Positions 53,849 to 58,161 of a DNA stretch of 58,161 bases are shown here, piece by piece. The notes under the pieces are model-generated. The model saw only the letters and a list, made by a program, of their open reading frames with translations, was not told the DNA's origin and ran no database searches. The stretch comes from a virus. Each line of letters opens with the position of its first letter. Position 1 is the stretch's first letter. Both the position numbers and the translations under genes were made by a program. Where the stretch lies: the IMG/VR virus record IMGVR_UViG_3300019469_000054, positions 1 through 58,161 of that record. One strand, 5' to 3'.

Positions 53849-55186
53849 ATGGGCAACGTGGCACACTACGCGGCCGCCTGCGCGAGATACTACGCGATGG
53901 CGGACATCGGGTACAGCCAGCCCGACAGGTGGACGTTCTACGACAGGAGCGACTGGGACGGCTGGCTGGTCAGGTCCCCAGCCAACGCGGACTGCTCGGC
54001 ACTGGTGTCGGGGTGCTACAACATCGCCGCGCACCATGAGTGGGGCGAACCCTTCACGGCGGGGTACTTCCCCCGGGACACGTGGACGGGGAACATCCGA
54101 GAGTACGCTCTGGAGCGGAATTTTGCCGATATCAGCGACTCGTGGGTAGGTAATGTACCTACCGGGGGCTGGTACGCGGGCGACATCGTGCTGTCGGAGG
54201 GCGCGAGTGGTGGTCGTGGCCATGTGGCGATGATCATCAACGGCGGTTCCGGGCCCGACAGCGATGGCGCGCTGCTGGCCGAGGCGTGGATCGCCGAGGA
54301 CGGCAGCATCGACGGCTGGGAGGGCGACCAGACAGGTGACGAGGTTCGCATCATTGCGTACAACGACCATCCGTACACCCAGCAGGCCGCTTGGACGCAC
54401 GCTCTGAGGCGCCGGGACAACCCGAGCCCGCTGACGACAGGGGGTGGGGGCTCTGCTGCGGCGCCCGCACCCGCACCGAGCGGAGGTGAGAGCGTTCAGG
54501 CCGCGGTTCTGAGGGCTGCGGATGATGTGGGGCTGCACTGGGCGGTGGCACTGGGCCTGGCCGACCAGGAGAGCAACTGCGAGAACGTGTACGGTCACGA
54601 CGTGGGTGGGGCGTGCTCCGGTTGGGGTGAGGTGACGAGGGAGAACTTCCTGAACCACTTCCTGCCCGCGGTGATGGACTGGGAGACCAGCAACGGTGTG
54701 GGCCCGACGCAGGTGACTTATAACGGCTACTTCATCAACGACCCGAACAGGGCGTGGTGGGACCCGCACGAGTCCAGCGTTGTCGGGCTGTCGATCCTGA
54801 GGGACTACCTCGGGGGCGACTACAGCGCCGACAGCATCCGGAGGGCCGGCAGCCGGTACAACTGCGGCAACGAGAGTGATCAGTACTGGGGCTACGGTGA
54901 GAGCCTGCTTCAGCACATCAACAGCTGGTGGTACTCGGAGCGCCCCAGCGGTGGAACAATGGACGAGGTTGAGAGGATCATCATGGCCAATGGCGACGAC
55001 ATCGTGAACGCGATCAACGCGGTTCGCGGGGAGCTGCGGTACGGCAAGGCGAATGAGCGACAGGCCGGGGACGTTATCTGGGGCGTGGAGCAGAACAGGC
55101 TCCTGCTGACCCAGGCGGTCGCTGCGCAGAAGGAGACCAACGGGCTCATCAAGGAGCTCGTCGAGGCGATCAAGAAGGGGAAGTGA
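53849..55186 (+). CDS. Endolysin: N-terminal NlpC/P60- or CHAP-like peptidase plus a lytic transglycosylase-like domain.
   Basis: 445 aa. RBS GAGAGGAGG. Cys/His peptidase pattern (ADCSALVSGC...GRGHVAMII), a Gly/Ala/Pro linker and an SLT-like GLADQESNCENVYG. Confidence 0.8.
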   Translation: MGNVAHYAAACARYYAMADIGYSQPDRWTFYDRSDWDGWLVRSPANADCSALVSGCYNIAAHHEWGEPFTAGYFPRDTWTGNIREYALERNFADISDSWVGNVPTGGWYAGDIVLSEGASGGRGHVAMIINGGSGPDSDGALLAEAWIAEDGSIDGWEGDQTGDEVRIIAYNDHPYTQQAAWTHALRRRDNPSPLTTGGGGSAAAPAPAPSGGESVQAAVLRAADDVGLHWAVALGLADQESNCENVYGHDVGGACSGWGEVTRENFLNHFLPAVMDWETSNGVGPTQVTYNGYFINDPNRAWWDPHESSVVGLSILRDYLGGDYSADSIRRAGSRYNCGNESDQYWGYGESLLQHINSWWYSERPSGGTMDEVERIIMANGDDIVNAINAVRGELRYGKANERQAGDVIWGVEQNRLLLTQAVAAQKETNGLIKELVEAIKKGK

Positions 55187-55194
55187 GAGCGAGA

Positions 55195-55482
55195 ATGCTT
55201 ACCACGATTCAGAAGCCCGAGGTTCGCAAGGCCGCCTACGGCGTTGTCGCGGCGGTCATGACGCTGTTGACGGTGCTGGGGATTGTCAAGGCGGATGCTG
55301 CGGCGCAGTACTTGGACTCCATCAGCCAGGTCGCTGGTGTCGTGTTCCTGCTCATCGCCCGCTACTTCGTGCCCTCGCCCGAGGACAAGGCGGCCGCGGT
55401 GACCCAGGACGGCGAGCTTGAGCGCCCGACCGTGATCAACCCTGTTCGCTACGGCGCTGGGGACGGCCCCGAGAAGGCGTGA
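55195..55482 (+). CDS. Holin-like membrane protein (two TM segments).
   Basis: Directly follows the endolysin. TM segments AAYGVVAAVMTLLTVLGIV and VAGVVFLLIARYFV. The start could also be the GTG at 55183. Confidence 0.65.
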   Translation: MLTTIQKPEVRKAAYGVVAAVMTLLTVLGIVKADAAAQYLDSISQVAGVVFLLIARYFVPSPEDKAAAVTQDGELERPTVINPVRYGAGDGPEKA

Positions 55483-55519
55483 TATACTGAGGTCCTTCCT
55501 TTCGGGAGTGTGTTGGGTC

Positions 55520-55563
55520 AGAAGAAGCCCCCGAGGTCGGTGAGGACTTCGGGGGCTTCTTCT
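55520..55563. terminator. Bidirectional terminator between the holin and nrdH genes.
   Basis: Perfect 15-bp stem AGAAGAAGCCCCCGA / TCGGGGGCTTCTTCT. Confidence 0.8.
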
Positions 55564-55565
55564 TG

Positions 55566-55796
55566 TCACTTGGCGGAGTAGCGACCTCGGATCTTGGAGG
55601 GATTGTAGCCGCCCCATATGTTGCCGTGGTCGTCGGTGACGACAGGGGCCGAGGTGTAACCGGCCTTGATGGCCTTGTCGAGGATGTCCGGGCTGTCGGC
55701 GAGGGCCCGCTCGACGTAGGGGACACCCATCTTGTCGGCGTAGCACTTGGTGGCGCGGCACTGCGGGCAGTTAGGCTGGGTGTAGATGGTGAGCAT
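55566..55796 (-). CDS. nrdH: NrdH-like glutaredoxin.
   Basis: 76 aa. MLTIYTQPNCPQCRATK CxxC motif and ...SAPVV pattern. Confidence 0.85.
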   Translation of the reverse strand: MLTIYTQPNCPQCRATKCYADKMGVPYVERALADSPDILDKAIKAGYTSAPVVTDDHGNIWGGYNPSKIRGRYSAK

Positions 55797-55922
55797 TCAG
55801 TCTCCTTGGAAGACCGCCAGAAAGGCGGCGACGATTGCGATGGCGGTGAGGATGGCAAAAGACACGGTGGAGATCAGGACGATCGCAGTTGCGAACCGGT
55901 CCTCGTCCTAGTGGGAGTACAT
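55797..55922 (-). other. 42-codon reading frame for a hydrophobic peptide, interrupted by an in-frame TAG at codon 5.
   Basis: The ATG is coupled to the upstream stop (TGATG) and the stop abuts the nrdH ATG (TGAATG). MYSH*DEDRFATAIVLISTVSFAILTAIAIVAAFLAVFQGD. Confidence 0.3.
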
Positions 55923-56404
55923 CAGTCCTTCTCCGTGTCGATGGTGATGAGACGAACATGCTTCGCAAGCTCGTACTTATCGACGATGCAGTACTCGAAG
56001 GCGTCGCCATTGTCCACGAGAGCAATCGCGTCCCCATAGTGAGCGATATCACCGCTTTCCAGGGGGAGCGAGCCGTCGCTGCGGACCGAGGAACCCACAT
56101 AGTCGGCAACGATCTCCTTGTGAGCACTGATGTAAACGGCTACGGCCAGCATGTTGGAGCCCTTGTCGTCGCAAGGCTCGACGGCGAAGATCGGGATGGT
56201 GACGCAACGGAACAAGTAGCCGGGGTTGCGGAGGACCTCAACGCGGGTGAGGGGACCGTCGCTGAGGTAAGGCTTGATGAGCAGGCTGGCAACATGCTCG
56301 CCATCAACGGTGAGACGCTGCTCACTCACGACGTGGAGTGTGTTCGTGTAGATGATGAGGTCGCCGATCCACAACTCGTCGGCAGTCTTGAGAACAGATT
56401 GCAT
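55922..56404 (-). CDS. Hypothetical protein (160 aa).
   Basis: ATG at 56404 preceded by GAGAGGAA. Confidence 0.7.
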   Translation of the reverse strand: MQSVLKTADELWIGDLIIYTNTLHVVSEQRLTVDGEHVASLLIKPYLSDGPLTRVEVLRNPGYLFRCVTIPIFAVEPCDDKGSNMLAVAVYISAHKEIVADYVGSSVRSDGSLPLESGDIAHYGDAIALVDNGDAFEYCIVDKYELAKHVRLITIDTEKD

Positions 56405-56441
56405 ACTGGTTCCTCTCGGTTGCTTGGACGGCTCCAGTATA

Positions 56442-56462
56442 GCCCCTTCGACAGGGGCGGGG
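56442..56462. repeat. 21-bp exact inverted copy of the core of the capsid terminator (13156-13176).
   Basis: The reverse complement of 56442-56462 is CCCCGCCCCTGTCGAAGGGGC, identical to 13156-13176. It forms the short hairpin GCCCCT-tcgac-AGGGGC. Confidence 0.85.
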
Positions 56463-56509
56463 CGATAGACTGCGAGTGAGTAATACCATCTTGACTTCAG
56501 GAGTCTGCG

Positions 56510-57187
56510 ATGCTAGGCACTGAGCCGCCCCAGGCGCCCTATGCGAGGGTCGTGGGGCAGATTCTCACGCCGGACGATATGCGACCGGCTGGCGACGTCA
56601 CAGTCGTCTTCACGTACGGGCCCTATGTCGTCTCCTACGGCACGGCCTACATCGAGCGCAGGGTCGAGGTGGGGGTGGACCCGTCCGGGGCGCTGTACGA
56701 TCCCGCGACGGGCAAGAACTACGTCGATCTGATCGCCCCGGGGGCGGGGGTGACGCCCGCAGGGCAATGGTTGTGGCACATCGACGTCGTCGCGAGCGGG
56801 GACTACCTGCTTCAGGGCGATCTGGCACTGCGACAGGGCACTGTGGTGGACGTTGCGAGCGTCCTGACGAACGGGGACGGCATGCTGGCCAACCCGTTCG
56901 CCCGTCAGAGGCCCACTGCCGGGGGTGCGGGGGCCGCTGACCCGGCGCTACCCGGCCCGACACCGCCCGCGGGGGACCTGGCGGAGCTCACGGCGCGTGT
57001 CGAGAACCTCACGCAGGCCTTGAACGGGCTGAGGACCGAGATCGCGGACAACAAGAGGGCGATCGCCGAGTTGAAGGCGCAGCCCCCGGGCGGCGGGGAC
57101 GGCAACGAGGTCGAGATGATCGACAACGGCGACGGAACAGTGACGTACAAGGACAAGACTGTGCCGCAGGGCACGCCGGAGGGCTGA
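56510..57187 (+). CDS. Minor tail / fibre-associated protein (225 aa).
   Basis: RBS AGGAG. C-terminal coiled segment (LAELTARVENLTQALNGLRTEIADNKRAIAELKAQ). Followed by fibre-like genes. Confidence 0.65.
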   Translation: MLGTEPPQAPYARVVGQILTPDDMRPAGDVTVVFTYGPYVVSYGTAYIERRVEVGVDPSGALYDPATGKNYVDLIAPGAGVTPAGQWLWHIDVVASGDYLLQGDLALRQGTVVDVASVLTNGDGMLANPFARQRPTAGGAGAADPALPGPTPPAGDLAELTARVENLTQALNGLRTEIADNKRAIAELKAQPPGGGDGNEVEMIDNGDGTVTYKDKTVPQGTPEG

Positions 57188-57190
57188 GGA

Positions 57191-58161
57191 ATGGCTAAGC
57201 AGTTCGTGGGGAAGGCCACAAGTTACACGGTTGACGGCGCTGAAGCGCGTTTCATCGACAACGACGAGCAGACGCAGGCACTCAACACGCTTCGGAACGA
57301 GGTGCCTGGTCTTGCGGATGCAAGAATCGAGGCTCGGATCGAGGCGTACAAGCAGGAGGTCAACGCGAAATTCGCCCTCAAGAGCGCTCTGGACGGCCTT
57401 CTGAAGGCTGCGGACGCCGCTGCGACCTACGCCCCCAAGGCGGCGCTGGAGGGGCTCCTGAAGGCCACGGATGCCGCCGCTACTTATGCATCCAAGGGCG
57501 ACCTGGCGGCGGCCAAGGAGGCGCTGGAGAAGGGCCTGAAGGAAAACACGGATACCGACACGAGGCGTTGGAGCGTCATCCGCACCAACAAGACAGATGT
57601 CGCCGACCTGAAGACCCGGGTGAAGGCCCTTGAGGACAAGCCCGCGGCCCCCGGCGGCCAGGGCGGAGGCGTGCAGGCAGGCGACACGGGCTGGGTGGAC
57701 ATCGCTCAGGGCCAGATCGGCGCGGGACAGTACCAGTACCGCGTTGTCGGAGCCATGATGTTCTTCCGGAAGAAGGGCGATGAGTGGCGAGCGCTTCCGA
57801 AGTCCGCGACAACTGTGACGCACGTCGCCACGCTGCCGCAGACCTACGGGAAGCTGGAGCGGGCGAGCACATTGGTCGTCAAGAAGGGCGACGGTGATGC
57901 GTGGACCTCGGACGGCTCGATGATCGAGATCTGGCCGAACTGGACCGTGAAGTACACCTGCCTGGATCTTCAGGGTACCTACGCCATGGACCTGCTCAAG
58001 ACCACGGTCGAGAAGCCGCTGCTCACCCCGGCCCAGCCCGGGGGCGGCGTCACCGAGGAGAAGCTCAACGAGCTCAAGACCAATCTTAAGGTGAAGATCG
58101 CCGCGGCCACGTCCGAGATCGCCTCCACCAAAGCTGTGATGGTTGGCGTGAAGGACAAGGT
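57191..58161 (+). CDS. Tail-fibre-like coiled-coil protein, 5' part. It continues through the circular junction to 230, about 379 aa in total.
   Basis: ATG at 57191 preceded by GGAGGG. No stop before the window end. Repeats of the LKxxDAAATYAxK type and ALEDKP/ALENKP coiled segments. Confidence 0.8.
   Translation, partial: MAKQFVGKATSYTVDGAEARFIDNDEQTQALNTLRNEVPGLADARIEARIEAYKQEVNAKFALKSALDGLLKAADAAATYAPKAALEGLLKATDAAATYASKGDLAAAKEALEKGLKENTDTDTRRWSVIRTNKTDVADLKTRVKALEDKPAAPGGQGGGVQAGDTGWVDIAQGQIGAGQYQYRVVGAMMFFRKKGDEWRALPKSATTVTHVATLPQTYGKLERASTLVVKKGDGDAWTSDGSMIEIWPNWTVKYTCLDLQGTYAMDLLKTTVEKPLLTPAQPGGGVTEEKLNELKTNLKVKIAAATSEIASTKAVMVGVKDK
58101..58161. repeat. Terminal copy of the 61-bp overlap (identical to 1-61).
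   Basis: Exact identity on reading. Confidence 0.95.

Overview
The window is an essentially complete, circularly closed phage genome. It has about 58.1 kb of unique sequence, and bases 1-61 repeat exactly at 58101-58161. It looks like a high-GC, siphovirus-type, actinobacteriophage-like virus. Layout: (1) A rightward late operon at 3464-32094 encodes an HTH protein, an HTH-metallophosphoesterase, TerS, TerL, portal, scaffold/protease-like protein, decoration protein, major capsid, head-tail connectors, major tail protein, a frameshifted tail chaperone, a 2176-aa tape measure, minor tail/fibre proteins and two membrane proteins. (2) A leftward block runs from 53742 down to 32148. It starts with an early set of ~70-aa proteins plus a C5-methyltransferase and ThyA. 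A ~1.5 kb non-coding gap follows. Then come acidic small proteins, an SNF2 helicase, dCTP deaminase, a Cas4-like nuclease, a Sak4-like ATPase, a DUF669-like protein, a primase-helicase, PolA, a RuvC-like resolvase and a DUF3310 protein. (3) A rightward lysis cassette lies at 53849-55482. (4) A small leftward nrdH operon lies at 56404-55566. (5) A second rightward fibre cluster starts at 56510, wraps through the junction and ends at 1792; it includes a glycerophosphodiester-phosphodiesterase tail protein. (6) An orphan leftward gene lies at 1793-2743. I recognised no integrase, repressor, tRNA or CRISPR array. Most notable observations: (a) PolA carries a class-1 intein whose HNH homing endonuclease is encoded as a nested ORF in the +1 frame, while the polymerase frame stays open through it. 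(b) The metallophosphoesterase gene carries a class-3 (Ala1, Trp-Cys-Thr) intein with a LAGLIDADG endonuclease. (c) The non-palindromic octamer CCCTGTCG is strongly over-represented genome-wide, in several reading frames and using uncommon codons. (d) Two mirrored AT-rich regulatory modules with shared motifs sit upstream of the two large operons, and one is followed by ~800 bp of GC-rich non-coding DNA. All calls come from reading the sequence and translations by eye. No database search was run.
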